Below are positions 9,292 to 18,580 of a DNA stretch of 64,000 nt, in pieces. The notes under the pieces were generated by a model that was not told the origin of the DNA, searched no databases, and was given only the letters and a program-made list of their open reading frames with translations. Source of the stretch: a virus; the IMG/VR virus record IMGVR_UViG_3300017593_000751, positions 1 to 64,000 of that record; one strand, 5' to 3'. The position numbers and the translations under genes were made by a program. How positions within the stretch are numbered: the stretch's first letter is position 1; every line of letters starts with the position of its first letter.

Positions 9292-9738
9292 TTATCCAGC
9301 ACCTCCTCCGGCTTCAAGAACCGACAAACCAATAGCCCCAATACAACCAACAAAGGCTAACAACAGATAAAAGAGGAAAAGAACAAGCACCAAGCCGCCA
9401 ACAAAGGCCATTGTATAAGCCACTACACTAAAAAGCTTGGGCAACAGGCCCGGCCACTCGGGATTCTCGCCGCAGTACGGGCACTTCTTGGCCCCCGGCA
9501 AGACCCTCTCTTGACAATGATAACAAGGATACCTGCCTTCACGGTCCAACATATCCTTCGGCCCCCAAGTATAGCCGAAAAGTTTGTGTATCCAAAAATC
9601 GGCCCCGCTTCGCGGATTCCAGCCCCCGGACCTTCTGTACTCGCCCAGCCGCCGTATTTGCTGGGCCTTCTTCGATTGAGAAGGTCTCTGCGGGTTTGGT
9701 GCCGCCTTCGTCGGTTCCTGTCTCATCGGAAGTAACAT
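9292..9738 (-). CDS. zinc-ribbon membrane protein
   Basis: CYHC...CPYCG followed by long hydrophobic C-terminus. Confidence 0.65.
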   Translation of the reverse strand: MLLPMRQEPTKAAPNPQRPSQSKKAQQIRRLGEYRRSGGWNPRSGADFWIHKLFGYTWGPKDMLDREGRYPCYHCQERVLPGAKKCPYCGENPEWPGLLPKLFSVVAYTMAFVGGLVLVLFLFYLLLAFVGCIGAIGLSVLEAGGGAG

Positions 9739-9755
9739 TTGATTTCAGCTCCTTT

Positions 9756-10172
9756 CTAAACCCATTCCAACCAAACCATCAACTCCTCTACATCATCCCA
9801 AGACAAAACAACCCGCCCTCTTTGCTCCCCCTCCTTGTCTCCCTGAAGAAACTCCAACACCACGCCAGCCTCAGAGGGAGCACGCCCAAACGTCACCTTC
9901 GCCTCTCCGTTACTAAACGACAAAACGTCCCCGCTTGATTCCTTTTCCTGCTCCCGCCACACCTTCGCGGCCACGGCCCTAGCCATAGCTATTGTTATTG
10001 CTTCGCCCAGCTCCCTATGCGAAGCCTCAAAAACTTCGTCAGTCTCCTCATCCCACACGCGACAGAAATGGCCGTCCTCACTACGGCCCGTCTCCCATCT
10101 CTTGAATCGTTGGCGAAGGTCGGCCAAGGCTTCTGCGGCCAACTTGCCCAGCTCTTTAGCTTTCTTGGCCAT
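9756..10172 (-). CDS. small alpha-beta3-alpha (phage ABA-sandwich-like) protein
   Basis: LADLRQRFKRWE..HFCRVW..FEASHRELGEAITIAM; paralogues at 10310, 19158, 35827, 36516, 37942. Confidence 0.6.
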   Translation of the reverse strand: MAKKAKELGKLAAEALADLRQRFKRWETGRSEDGHFCRVWDEETDEVFEASHRELGEAITIAMARAVAAKVWREQEKESSGDVLSFSNGEAKVTFGRAPSEAGVVLEFLQGDKEGEQRGRVVLSWDDVEELMVWLEWV

Positions 10173-10190
10173 TGCTCATCCCTCAAAACA

Positions 10191-10307
10191 AAAAGAGTGT
10201 GGTGGCGCGACCTTTGCGCTCCAACAGTTCCAGCAGTTGTTATTTTCACATCCGTCATAAGCGCCGTTAGGCATTGTCCTGCCTCTCCTGCGCCACCACA
10301 CTCCCGT
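10191..10307 (-). ncRNA. candidate structured intergenic element (14-bp closing stem, U-rich tail)
   Basis: GAGTGTGGTGGCGC 10195-10208 and its perfect inverse at 10290-10303; flanked by CCTCAAAACA direct repeats. Confidence 0.45.
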
Positions 10308-10309
10308 CC

Positions 10310-10570
10310 TCAAAACACACCACGTTCCCTGCCAGTAACATAATTGACCGCCCAAATAGACGCCCGGGGCTTAGGCGGCAACTTGCGGGCCAGCCATTGC
10401 TTGTCAACCTTCTCCACTTCACTGACGGCCCCGGCTAAGGTCCTCGCCCTACCAACAAGCGTCCTGCCGTCCTCCATCTCTACCGTAACGGTGTACCTTC
10501 CGCCGCGGTTGGCAACGGCCCAGTCCTTAACCTTCCCGCTCAGTCGGCTTAGCTTCTCGCTTAGGTTCAT
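10310..10570 (-). CDS. small alpha-beta3-alpha protein
   Basis: KLSRL..KVKDWAV..GRYTVTV..GRARTLAGAVSEV pattern. Confidence 0.55.
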   Translation of the reverse strand: MNLSEKLSRLSGKVKDWAVANRGGRYTVTVEMEDGRTLVGRARTLAGAVSEVEKVDKQWLARKLPPKPRASIWAVNYVTGRERGVF

Positions 10571-10778
10571 CCGCCACCTCGGCCCAAGTGTGATATTCCA
10601 CTTCTACCAAGTTATCTACTGACATCCTCAACACGACTGTATGACTCCGCTCCAAAGCCTCCGGCAATAGCCTGATTGCAGTAGCCCCGCCGTCCTGTCC
10701 TACGATGATAATCTCCCTCGGCCCACCATGGTCATCTAGCTTACAATTTACGACACGAATATTAGAGATTTTAGTCAT
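10527..10778 (-). CDS. hypothetical protein
   Basis: Overlap-coupled ORF in operon. Confidence 0.5.
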   Translation of the reverse strand: MTKISNIRVVNCKLDDHGGPREIIIVGQDGGATAIRLLPEALERSHTVVLRMSVDNLVEVEYHTWAEVADEPKREAKPTEREG

Positions 10779-11314
10779 CCTTCCTCCCCTTCCTGGTCTT
10801 CCTGGCCCAACAGCTTGGGGGTCTTATCCTTCCGTTTCTGAGCCTCCAAGGCAGCTCTAGCGAACCGCTCCAGTTCATACCGCCACAAGCCGTGTCTGGC
10901 CACCACCTCGGAGAACTCCTCCACGTCGTGCTTGCGGATGCACCAGGCCGGTCTGCCGTCGTCCGTGGTCTCCGGCTCGCCATAATCGTCCAGCTTCACC
11001 GAACAATGACAAAGCTCATGGTCCAACAAAGCCGCCTTTTGCTCACGGGAGAAGTCAGCCTCGTGCCACACCTCATCATTTAGCTCTATCACAAAATCAA
11101 AGCCGTGAAGCTGCTTATCCAACGGGCCGACCTTGCGGGCCTTGGCCAGCTTGAGCAAGCCTTCTCGCGTTGGCCGCCAGCCCCGCCGCCAGGCCAAGAC
11201 TATCTTCGCCTCGGCCAAGTGCGGATGATAAGCCGCCCGCAACTCCTCCAACAGCCCATAAACTTCCCGGCCCTCTTCCGTATCAGGCTGAATCACTTCG
11301 ACGTTTGCACTCAT
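10775..11314 (-). CDS. putative phage metallopeptidase
   Basis: LLDHELCHC...KHDVEEF..VV.RHG. Confidence 0.85.
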   Translation of the reverse strand: MSANVEVIQPDTEEGREVYGLLEELRAAYHPHLAEAKIVLAWRRGWRPTREGLLKLAKARKVGPLDKQLHGFDFVIELNDEVWHEADFSREQKAALLDHELCHCSVKLDDYGEPETTDDGRPAWCIRKHDVEEFSEVVARHGLWRYELERFARAALEAQKRKDKTPKLLGQEDQEGEEG

Positions 11315-11365
11315 TTGCCTCTCCTCGTTATATTATACCGTGTTCCCGCTTCCGAACTCAACTCT

Positions 11366-12250
11366 TCAATTGTCTTGTAGCTTTATTCCCAACCACGGCG
11401 GCTTACCCGTCATACCCCATACCTTCAGCGCCAAGAGGTCGTACATCCATCGACCGGACAGCGAACCGGGCGTCCTACCCGCCCACCACCGTCCTGGGGT
11501 GCCTCCCCACAACACCGCGGCCTCACACAAACGCCGAGCTGTTCCGAGCGCTCCTTCCCACTCTCCGAAGCTTATCCACCTCCCGCGAGAGCCGAACGAA
11601 TAAGGATGAAGGTAGGGCAACAAACAAACATCCCACTTCAACCGATGAGCCTCCACGGCCCAACTCAACAACCTATCGCCCAAGCCCGGGCCATAAAACT
11701 CCCAAGCCAACCAATCAACATGAGACAACAAGACCTCTTCCACCATTCCGTTGGCTTCGTCTATCGTGATACAAGGACTTAGCTTAGTTTCAAAAGTCCA
11801 AGGAGCTATACTGCAAACCCCCGGGCTGACTCCTTCGTCCCTGATAGCATCGCACATGTCGGCCACCAGGACCAACAGCTTGCGGAACTCCTGGGCCGTC
11901 TGGCCGGACTGCTCATTGTCTATAACCGCGACGAAACCGCCTTGCTTCTTGATATTCTTGGCCATCCTGCCGGCCTCTTGCGGCGTTCTCGGCCAGATGG
12001 TATGAACCGTCTCCAACTGGTCGCCGGGATATCTCGGCATGAGCACGGCAGCCCCATGAAGCAACGTAGGTCGGCCGTGCTTGCCGAAGTCGTCCCTGAC
12101 CGCCATAAGCTCCGGCAGACCATATTTCTTCCCGTAACCTTCGGACAACCGCCAGACATCGGCCATATCCACGTCGCCGTCGCCGTCCAAATCGCCGCGG
12201 GAGACTATCCGAAACCCGCAACGCTCTAAAATCTCTTTCTTCCGGCTCAT
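11366..12250 (-). CDS. dockerin/EF-hand-like motif fused to probable TIM-barrel glycoside-hydrolase-like domain
   Basis: GDLDGDGDVDMADV; VIDNE, DWLAWEFY, LLPYL, AAVLWGG strand-like motifs. Confidence 0.5.
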   Translation of the reverse strand: MSRKKEILERCGFRIVSRGDLDGDGDVDMADVWRLSEGYGKKYGLPELMAVRDDFGKHGRPTLLHGAAVLMPRYPGDQLETVHTIWPRTPQEAGRMAKNIKKQGGFVAVIDNEQSGQTAQEFRKLLVLVADMCDAIRDEGVSPGVCSIAPWTFETKLSPCITIDEANGMVEEVLLSHVDWLAWEFYGPGLGDRLLSWAVEAHRLKWDVCLLPYLHPYSFGSRGRWISFGEWEGALGTARRLCEAAVLWGGTPGRWWAGRTPGSLSGRWMYDLLALKVWGMTGKPPWLGIKLQDN

Positions 12251-12831
12251 GCTTCTTGGCCAAGCTCAATCGCAGCTATCGCCCCGTCCAACCAATCCCG
12301 TAGTCTGCGGGCGTCTTGAACACTTAGATATAAACTCTCATCGCCTCCGGTCAGTGGCACCAACTCTATTTCGTCCGACCGCTGGCGGAGAGCAACCTTC
12401 GTAGTGTTTTCGTCTACTATTTCCAAATCGTACATCTGCGACCCTGCCTTCAGGCCCAGACGCTTCGCCAATCCCAAAGCGAACTCAAAGACCTCTCGCG
12501 GAGCAACGAGTTCATAGTCCGTTCTAGTTGACGGCGCTAGGCTGCCCTGCCCGTCCTCCAACCTAAGCAAATAGTCCACCCGCCACCCCACCACGGACTG
12601 CAAGCGAGTCCAAAACATCACGGGGAAGAAGTCCTCCCGACACTCCCCGCGAGCGGTCATCCGGCCTTCCTCTTTGTCCGCCACGCCCAACAGCCACAAC
12701 GTAAACCGCTTCGCCCAATCAAAAGGCATTACGACTTCCCAATCGTTCCCGCTCTCCCCCCCACCAGATGGGATGGAGTACATGGGGGTTGCGGGACTCA
12801 TCGAAGAACCATCTAGCACCAGCGAAGTCAA
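12247..12831 (-). CDS. hypothetical protein with repeated beta3-alpha units
   Basis: MPFDWAKRFTLWLL, LSVQDARRLRDWL; ATGA coupling. Confidence 0.55.
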   Translation of the reverse strand: MTSLVLDGSSMSPATPMYSIPSGGGESGNDWEVVMPFDWAKRFTLWLLGVADKEEGRMTARGECREDFFPVMFWTRLQSVVGWRVDYLLRLEDGQGSLAPSTRTDYELVAPREVFEFALGLAKRLGLKAGSQMYDLEIVDENTTKVALRQRSDEIELVPLTGGDESLYLSVQDARRLRDWLDGAIAAIELGQEA

Positions 12832-13256
12832 TCATAGCCGTCTGTAACTCCTCGTAACACCTTGCCCAAGAGCCAACCGAGCTCCTCAGCGGTCTCTTTG
12901 GCAACCGTAACCGTTCGCCCGTCTATCAATTTAGGCGTCTTTGACCACCAATTGGACTGGTCCGACCACAGAGAAAAGGTCGCCACAACGCCGGAACCGC
13001 CGCCCGCCTCAGACCAACGCATCAGAGCGGTTTGTCCTTGCTCGTCCGGCTCGTTTTTGAATATCAAAACGCCCCTCCGCTTCTCCCCTGACAACCAAGC
13101 CGACAACGCGGCCACCTGCCCTGATTGCAATTCTAACCGCAGCCCGCGCCAAGCATGGTGAGAAACGGAGGCGGTCTTATCCGCTCGGCTCAAGTCCCAC
13201 AGAGCGCCTGCAAATTCCATATTGCCTAACACCACTTTGATTCTTGATTCAACCAT
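12828..13256 (-). CDS. hypothetical protein with repeated beta3-alpha units
   Basis: LQSGQVAALSAWL, VAKETAEELGWLL. Confidence 0.55.
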   Translation of the reverse strand: MVESRIKVVLGNMEFAGALWDLSRADKTASVSHHAWRGLRLELQSGQVAALSAWLSGEKRRGVLIFKNEPDEQGQTALMRWSEAGGGSGVVATFSLWSDQSNWWSKTPKLIDGRTVTVAKETAEELGWLLGKVLRGVTDGYD

Positions 13257-13259
13257 CGC

Positions 13260-13571
13260 TCACTCTCCCTTCGCCCCTTTTGGCAACTTCACCGCCCACG
13301 CAAATACGAGCCGGCCCAGCTTAGCGTACACTTCCACAAACTTGGGCTTCTCAAAAGTCCGAGGCACGTTGCGTTTGGACAGCTGTTCGTCAAGGACGCC
13401 GTTCTCCGCCCACTTCCGCAAGCGTTGTGTGACGTCGATTTGGGCTGCGACGATTGCCGCAGTGCGAGTATTGGCCCGGACCGCTGGCCTCGGCAGGCCC
13501 AAATGCGGGCACCACGCCCTCCAACAATCTTCCTCCTTCCAAACCTCAATGCCCAGACCTGTCCAATTCAT
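13260..13571 (-). CDS. HicB-like protein
   Basis: VWKEEDCWRAWCPHLG....ANTRTAA...ENGVLDEQL resembles HicB N-terminal fold. Confidence 0.5.
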   Translation of the reverse strand: MNWTGLGIEVWKEEDCWRAWCPHLGLPRPAVRANTRTAAIVAAQIDVTQRLRKWAENGVLDEQLSKRNVPRTFEKPKFVEVYAKLGRLVFAWAVKLPKGAKGE

Positions 13572-13918
13572 CCCTTTGCCTTCACTTCCTTCACTTCCTT
13601 CAATTCCTCAAACAGAGCCCTCACCCTAGCCTGCGCCTCCTTCGGCCAGCGGTCTAGTTGGCCGACAAAATCACGCATTCGTGCGCCAGGCCCGCCAGCC
13701 CAACGCACGAGCAGGTGCCATTGGTCACAACAACAGCAACGGAGTGGCTTGGGCGGGTCTATACCTTGCTCCTCCTCTTCCCACGACAGATAAACATAGA
13801 ACTCGTCGAAAGGGAAGCCCCAATAATCGTGGTCATCATGACAGGACTGACAATGCCGCTCTCGCCCATCCTCATCTATCCACGCCTCCCGCTCAGCATC
13901 CCAATACGGGGCGGTCAT
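13568..13918 (-). CDS. Cys-rich hypothetical protein
   Basis: CQSCHDD...CCCCDQWH; coupled to neighbours. Confidence 0.55.
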   Translation of the reverse strand: MTAPYWDAEREAWIDEDGRERHCQSCHDDHDYWGFPFDEFYVYLSWEEEEQGIDPPKPLRCCCCDQWHLLVRWAGGPGARMRDFVGQLDRWPKEAQARVRALFEELKEVKEVKAKG

Positions 13919-14133
13919 TCACCCTTCCTTTCATCATCTACAACATCAAACCACTGTCTCGCGGCGTGGACGTTCGCCCAAGACAAGTCCGTAAACAACA
14001 AGTCTATCACGTCTCCATAATCATAAATGATTTGCACCTCGACACCATGTTCTCGTTTGCGCAACCGAAGCTTTTTGATTCCGTCAATCAAGTTCAAAGA
14101 GCTAGTTGTGTCCACTCCACCCATTTCATTCAT
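13915..14133 (-). CDS. hypothetical protein
   Basis: ATGA-coupled ORF. Confidence 0.5.
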   Translation of the reverse strand: MNEMGGVDTTSSLNLIDGIKKLRLRKREHGVEVQIIYDYGDVIDLLFTDLSWANVHAARQWFDVVDDERKGE

Positions 14134-14510
14134 CTATTTTCCTCTCCGGTCAATAAATCCGCCAAACGCGCCGCCCCCGCCATGCCAAACACAACCGTTT
14201 CCGATTCCTCTACCAAATCCCTTCGGATTGACCTCCGCCACCTTATCGTCCACGGCCTCCAACCATAGGTCACAAACCAATCCTCATAAAATCCTTTTTG
14301 CCACCACACACAAGCCCTACCAGTCTTACTGACCATAACCAACGAGCGCTCATCATTCCAAGCCCTCTCCAAAAGCCACGAGCGCATTCGTTCGGCCCAC
14401 TCAAAGCTTATCTCTATGGCCTCACCGTCCCGCCACAAAGGATGAGACAAGAACCAACCCTTGTCCGTTCTGGTCCAGGAGCCATTGAATATCTCAAACT
14501 GCATCATCAA
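14130..14510 (-). CDS. hypothetical protein
   Basis: Coupled ORF with ISFEWAERMRSWLL repeat unit. Confidence 0.5.
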   Translation of the reverse strand: MMMQFEIFNGSWTRTDKGWFLSHPLWRDGEAIEISFEWAERMRSWLLERAWNDERSLVMVSKTGRACVWWQKGFYEDWFVTYGWRPWTIRWRRSIRRDLVEESETVVFGMAGAARLADLLTGEENR

Positions 14511-15946
14511 TCAACCCTCTCCATCGGCATCACCACATAAATTATATCCGCCCCGGCAACAATTACCCAAGGCTTCCGCTCCGGCTCCTCCGGCCCCAAA
14601 ACCTCCACCTTTTCCCGGCCCGCCTTGGCCAAGGCGGAGAAGATGCTCTGCAAAAAGGCAGCATTGAATCCCGAAGCCACCTTCCCCCCCTTCATCTCCA
14701 CAGCCGGCATGGAGGCCCAAACCTTGGAATCGCCGGGATAACTTTTAACCTCGCGGCTCAAGAACAGCTCACCATCCGAAAAGGACACATCCACATAAAA
14801 CGTATCAGCCTCCGCCGCCCTCATCTGCTTGACTATTAGTTCAACCGCCTCTTTCGTCGGCTCTACTTCCAGCCCCCACCGATAAGCCGAAGCCTCCAAA
14901 CTCTCCGGCTTATCGGGGATAAAAGGCTTCCAATCCGGGAAGCCGCCCACCGGCGAACAACCCACGAGAAGAACGGCCTCCCCGAACTCACCGGAAGTCT
15001 CAAACCTCACATAATCCCAGGCTGCGGGCGACATCTCCGGCACCTGGTTTTCCTTCACCTCTTCGCCCCGAAGCTTTTTCCTGCCGTTCGCCAGCTCAGG
15101 GCGAAAACAGCTCACTTCACAGCTGTCCCCGCCAAAGGCTGAAACGACCTTGCCTTTCCTGGGGGCCAGCCGGGCCAAGAGACTAAAAGCCGAAGGAGGC
15201 ACCAAATAAGGCTTTTCCAACAGTTTGACTGTCTCTTTTGCTTCGTCCTCCGGCATAGTAGCAACGGCCTCTTCTATCCGCGATGTTGCTATAACATGCC
15301 CTTCGGTGGCCACCAGCCTTATCTCGCCGGGATAAAAGGCTATGCGGTTCAAGGCATATCTTGTGCCCACATCGGCACAAAAGTCCTTGACTACCTCAAA
15401 AGCCCGCAGCAAAGAGGCCGTGCCTGTGTGGACAACGCCGCCGGCGGCATCATCACTTAGCTGCACGGGCGAAGGATAATCGCCGGGGTCCAGACTTTCC
15501 AATGTCGCGCCTGCCTTGGCCTTGCTGCCCTTGCGTGGCTTCGATAGCTTCAAAAGAGCCTTGCTTTCACTGACATCTTCCGCAGGCCCGATGGACAAAA
15601 ACCCAACCTCTTTCGGTTTGTCTGGTCCTCTAAAAACCAGCTCAATTGGCCCATCGGCCCGGCCCAAGGCAGCCACCAAACGGCGAGCCGGCACCAGCAA
15701 AACCTTTGGTGCTTTCTCGCCGGCCTGGCGGACAACCACCGGCATTGTTAGCTCCAATGTAACCTCTAAATCAGTCGCCCTCAGCCGCAGCTTCGCCTCT
15801 TTGTGCAAAGCCTCCAAGTAAACACAAGACAAGACGGGCTTCGGAGTAGAACGTGGGACCACATAGTCCAACAAGCCCGCGGCCGCCTTCAATGCCTGCC
15901 CGTTGACTACTACCTTGGTCGCTTGAGAATCAATACCTTCGGTCAT
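14507..15946 (-). CDS. dnaN: DNA polymerase III beta sliding clamp (with insertions)
   Basis: PVLSCVYL, LRATDLEV, RYALN, LVATEGH, FPDWK, GFNAAFL, YVVMPM. Confidence 0.85.
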   Translation of the reverse strand: MTEGIDSQATKVVVNGQALKAAAGLLDYVVPRSTPKPVLSCVYLEALHKEAKLRLRATDLEVTLELTMPVVVRQAGEKAPKVLLVPARRLVAALGRADGPIELVFRGPDKPKEVGFLSIGPAEDVSESKALLKLSKPRKGSKAKAGATLESLDPGDYPSPVQLSDDAAGGVVHTGTASLLRAFEVVKDFCADVGTRYALNRIAFYPGEIRLVATEGHVIATSRIEEAVATMPEDEAKETVKLLEKPYLVPPSAFSLLARLAPRKGKVVSAFGGDSCEVSCFRPELANGRKKLRGEEVKENQVPEMSPAAWDYVRFETSGEFGEAVLLVGCSPVGGFPDWKPFIPDKPESLEASAYRWGLEVEPTKEAVELIVKQMRAAEADTFYVDVSFSDGELFLSREVKSYPGDSKVWASMPAVEMKGGKVASGFNAAFLQSIFSALAKAGREKVEVLGPEEPERKPWVIVAGADIIYVVMPMERVD

Positions 15947-16106
15947 TTCAATCTCCCTTCTGTTTCATTATATGCCACAAACGGAGAAGCCCTTCAAATA
16001 GACAGCTTTATCGGGCCTCCCTCAGTCGTTAGCAATTCGGCGCGGCGCTCGAAGTCCGCTTCGAGAGCCCAAGCGTTTGAGGCTGGCCTGCTTCTAACGA
16101 CCAACG

Positions 16107-16370
16107 CTAGGGCCGCAAACCGCCGCCGCGCTCTTTATCTTCGTTTCCTTCTCTGATTTTCCGCCACCGCCTCTTCCGCCTATCGTAGGCGAACACGACC
16201 GTCTTGACGAATGGCCGCGACATGGCCTGCAAGAACGTATCAACGGCCCGTTGAGCATTCCGCCGGCTCGCGTAGCCCTCGCCGCTGTCGGCCATGATGC
16301 GGCCATTCCGGGCCACCGCCCGCCAGCGCCACAAGCCGTCGGCGGAGGATTTGTAGATTTCAATCTTCAT
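16107..16370 (-). CDS. YegP/DUF1508 family protein
   Basis: EIYKSSADGLWRWRAVARNGRIMADSGEGYASRRNA. Confidence 0.85.
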   Translation of the reverse strand: MKIEIYKSSADGLWRWRAVARNGRIMADSGEGYASRRNAQRAVDTFLQAMSRPFVKTVVFAYDRRKRRWRKIREGNEDKERGGGLRP

Positions 16371-16840
16371 CTGACTCGCCTCGGCAAAGTCTGCCAGCCA
16401 GTCATGCTCCCCTTGTCATCCTTGAAAACTATTTTCAACCGGGGCAATTTCATATACGAGATAAATCGCTTCAGCGCTTGCAATGCACCGCGGCGCGTTA
16501 TGTATGTTTCGTCGCTAGCGGCCAACACCTGACGGTTGCGGGCAACGGCCCGCCAGCCCCATGAGCCGCTAGGGTACTGGTAAACCTCAATCTCGCAGCC
16601 GCCGCAGCCGTCGTTGGTTTGCAACAATTCTCTCACGGCCCCCGTGGCTTCGTCCAACACCTCCCAAGCGGACCTCAACGACAACTCCGCAATATCCTGT
16701 TTGCCCCACTCCAGCTCCATAGATGCGTTGAAGATACGGTCCGCAGCCGCGCTGGCTTGATGGTATGCGGTTACTAAAGCTTTTCTCTTCTCAAATGTCA
16801 TATCAGTCCTCTCTTTCGTCATTCCCGCCCATCCGGCCAA
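16367..16840 (-). CDS. protein with C-terminal DUF1508 domain
   Basis: EVYQYPSGSWGWRAVARNRQVLAASDETYITRRGA. Confidence 0.7.
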   Translation of the reverse strand: MAGWAGMTKERTDMTFEKRKALVTAYHQASAAADRIFNASMELEWGKQDIAELSLRSAWEVLDEATGAVRELLQTNDGCGGCEIEVYQYPSGSWGWRAVARNRQVLAASDETYITRRGALQALKRFISYMKLPRLKIVFKDDKGSMTGWQTLPRRVR

Positions 16841-17135
16841 GAACCTTTTGACTTGCCCTTTCCGCCTGCCTTTTCATGTCCTCACAAACCGCAAGCACCA
16901 ACTTCCCGCCGCAGGAATGTTCCTTGTCCGCTCCCCGAGCTCCCTCAATTATCAATTCCATCGCCTGTAGCAAACACGCACGGGCTTGGTCGGGGTCGGT
17001 GAAGTCGAAAATCCCGCCCTCGTGCCCCACCAATTGGTTCCCTTTACTCGTCCCCGCGACCACCAGAACGAGCCTTATATCATGACCCTCTAATCGCTTG
17101 TTTTCGAACCAAGCTTTGAACTCTTGAAATGTCAT
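16803..17135 (-). CDS. hypothetical protein
   Basis: Co-oriented ORF with RBS. Confidence 0.5.
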   Translation of the reverse strand: MTFQEFKAWFENKRLEGHDIRLVLVVAGTSKGNQLVGHEGGIFDFTDPDQARACLLQAMELIIEGARGADKEHSCGGKLVLAVCEDMKRQAERASQKVLGRMGGNDERED

Positions 17136-17169
17136 CGCCGGCTTCCTTCTTTTTGACTCAACCTCCGCC

Positions 17170-17490
17170 TTACATCGCGGGCATTACACCGTCTGTCGGA
17201 TGTCGCGGGATGCTGTACGGCCACGTCGAGCCGTCATACTCGCCGATAGCGATAACCTTGGTTGGCGTCCAAGCCCAAACGGGAGGGCACTCAATCAACC
17301 CGAGGCCCTCATCAAACTCGTAATCCAACCAGCCTTGGGCCTCCTCCCAAGACAGCAGCTTCCCTTTAGGCATCTCGTCGTAACGGGGCACGGCATCCTC
17401 ATTACAAGCTCCATCCATTCTGCCGATAACGACGCCCTCAATCGGCTCGCCATCGGCCTCTCTCAAAATCCATTCCTTGAGGTTCGCCAC
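17170..17490 (-). CDS. conserved-looking phage hypothetical protein
   Basis: LDYEFDEGLG..CPPVWAWT...EYDGSTW...PRHP pattern. Confidence 0.65.
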   Translation of the reverse strand: MANLKEWILREADGEPIEGVVIGRMDGACNEDAVPRYDEMPKGKLLSWEEAQGWLDYEFDEGLGLIECPPVWAWTPTKVIAIGEYDGSTWPYSIPRHPTDGVMPAM

Positions 17491-17502
17491 GATGCTTTCC
17501 TT

Positions 17503-18009
17503 TCATCTCCGACCCATCGGCCTGAGGCCGAACGCACTTATCCGGCCCTCTATTCGCAGCCCCTGCGGTGTAACGCAGGACCGCCAGGCAGGCAACTCAA
17601 ATCGCCAGCGCAGGCGATTCCAACCCTTGAGGCTGGGGAGTCCCTCCGTCGCCTCTAACGTTGCCTTTGTGCCACGCGGGAAGATGAGGGCCCGCAAGAC
17701 TCGCGGGTCGTCAAGTATTTGTTTCGATACATCGGTGACGCGCCCGCTGTCGGTCGGGAAACCCAAGATGACGCATTGGGAGCCGTCGAGTGACGCCAGT
17801 GCAGGCACCAAGACGGTCTCGCGGGGCATTTTATCCCAACGAATCAACGCAACGACCCAGGTGAACAAATGGACCTCGTATATGTTGCCCTTGTCGTCGT
17901 AAGCGTAGCCGTCCGCCTGCACGGCACCCTGCAAGAAGGGCAGGACATGTTCGGTGATTGCCGCTCTTGCCCGGCGAATGAATTGTTTTCTAATGCTGAC
18001 CTGTTTCAT
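17503..18009 (-). CDS. hypothetical protein, paralogue of 24547..25119
   Basis: Shared PA..SDGS...FP.GT.A.LE....GW.RL.W motif. Confidence 0.55.
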   Translation of the reverse strand: MKQVSIRKQFIRRARAAITEHVLPFLQGAVQADGYAYDDKGNIYEVHLFTWVVALIRWDKMPRETVLVPALASLDGSQCVILGFPTDSGRVTDVSKQILDDPRVLRALIFPRGTKATLEATEGLPSLKGWNRLRWRFELPAWRSCVTPQGLRIEGRISAFGLRPMGRR

Positions 18010-18110
18010 GTCGTCAGCGCTCCTTCGGTTTCACAATCCTCTCGGCGGCTCCCGACCAGCTAACTGGCCACGTAATCCATTCCGTGAGGTTAACCTTGGT
18101 GCTTGCTTTC

Positions 18111-18575
18111 TTACAGCGTTGCTGGAGTCCTTTCGTCCGCCTTCAAAACCGCCATGATGAACGCGGCGTCAATATCACCAAACCAAACACAACGCCCCTC
18201 TTTCTCTTCGGCCCAAATCACCTTCTCGAAATAGTCGCCACTCCAAGTCAAAACAAGTCTCCTCCTCTGCGCGTTAAGCGAAGGTTCGTACTCTTTATGC
18301 ACCGACCAACCGCTACCGCGAGGCTGAATCCACACGCCCCTCTCACTGATATAATTCATAGCCCAATCGCGCAGTAGGGCGAGCGCTACCGACGGCTCAA
18401 TCACATACGTAGGGAGCCGCTCAAATGATTCCAAAGAGACTACCAGCATCCAACCTTTTCCTTCAACCCGAGACAGCTTCGCCTCCGGCGGGGCAGGCGT
18501 CACCAACGGCACAACCGGATTGCCCATCTTTTCAATGGCCGCCTTGCCGTCCTTCGATTCCCAGTTTTTCAACAT
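18111..18575 (-). CDS. hypothetical protein
   Basis: Likely start MLKNWESK at 18575 after AAGGA RBS. Confidence 0.5.
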   Translation of the reverse strand: MLKNWESKDGKAAIEKMGNPVVPLVTPAPPEAKLSRVEGKGWMLVVSLESFERLPTYVIEPSVALALLRDWAMNYISERGVWIQPRGSGWSVHKEYEPSLNAQRRRLVLTWSGDYFEKVIWAEEKEGRCVWFGDIDAAFIMAVLKADERTPATL

Positions 18576-18580
18576 GCCAA

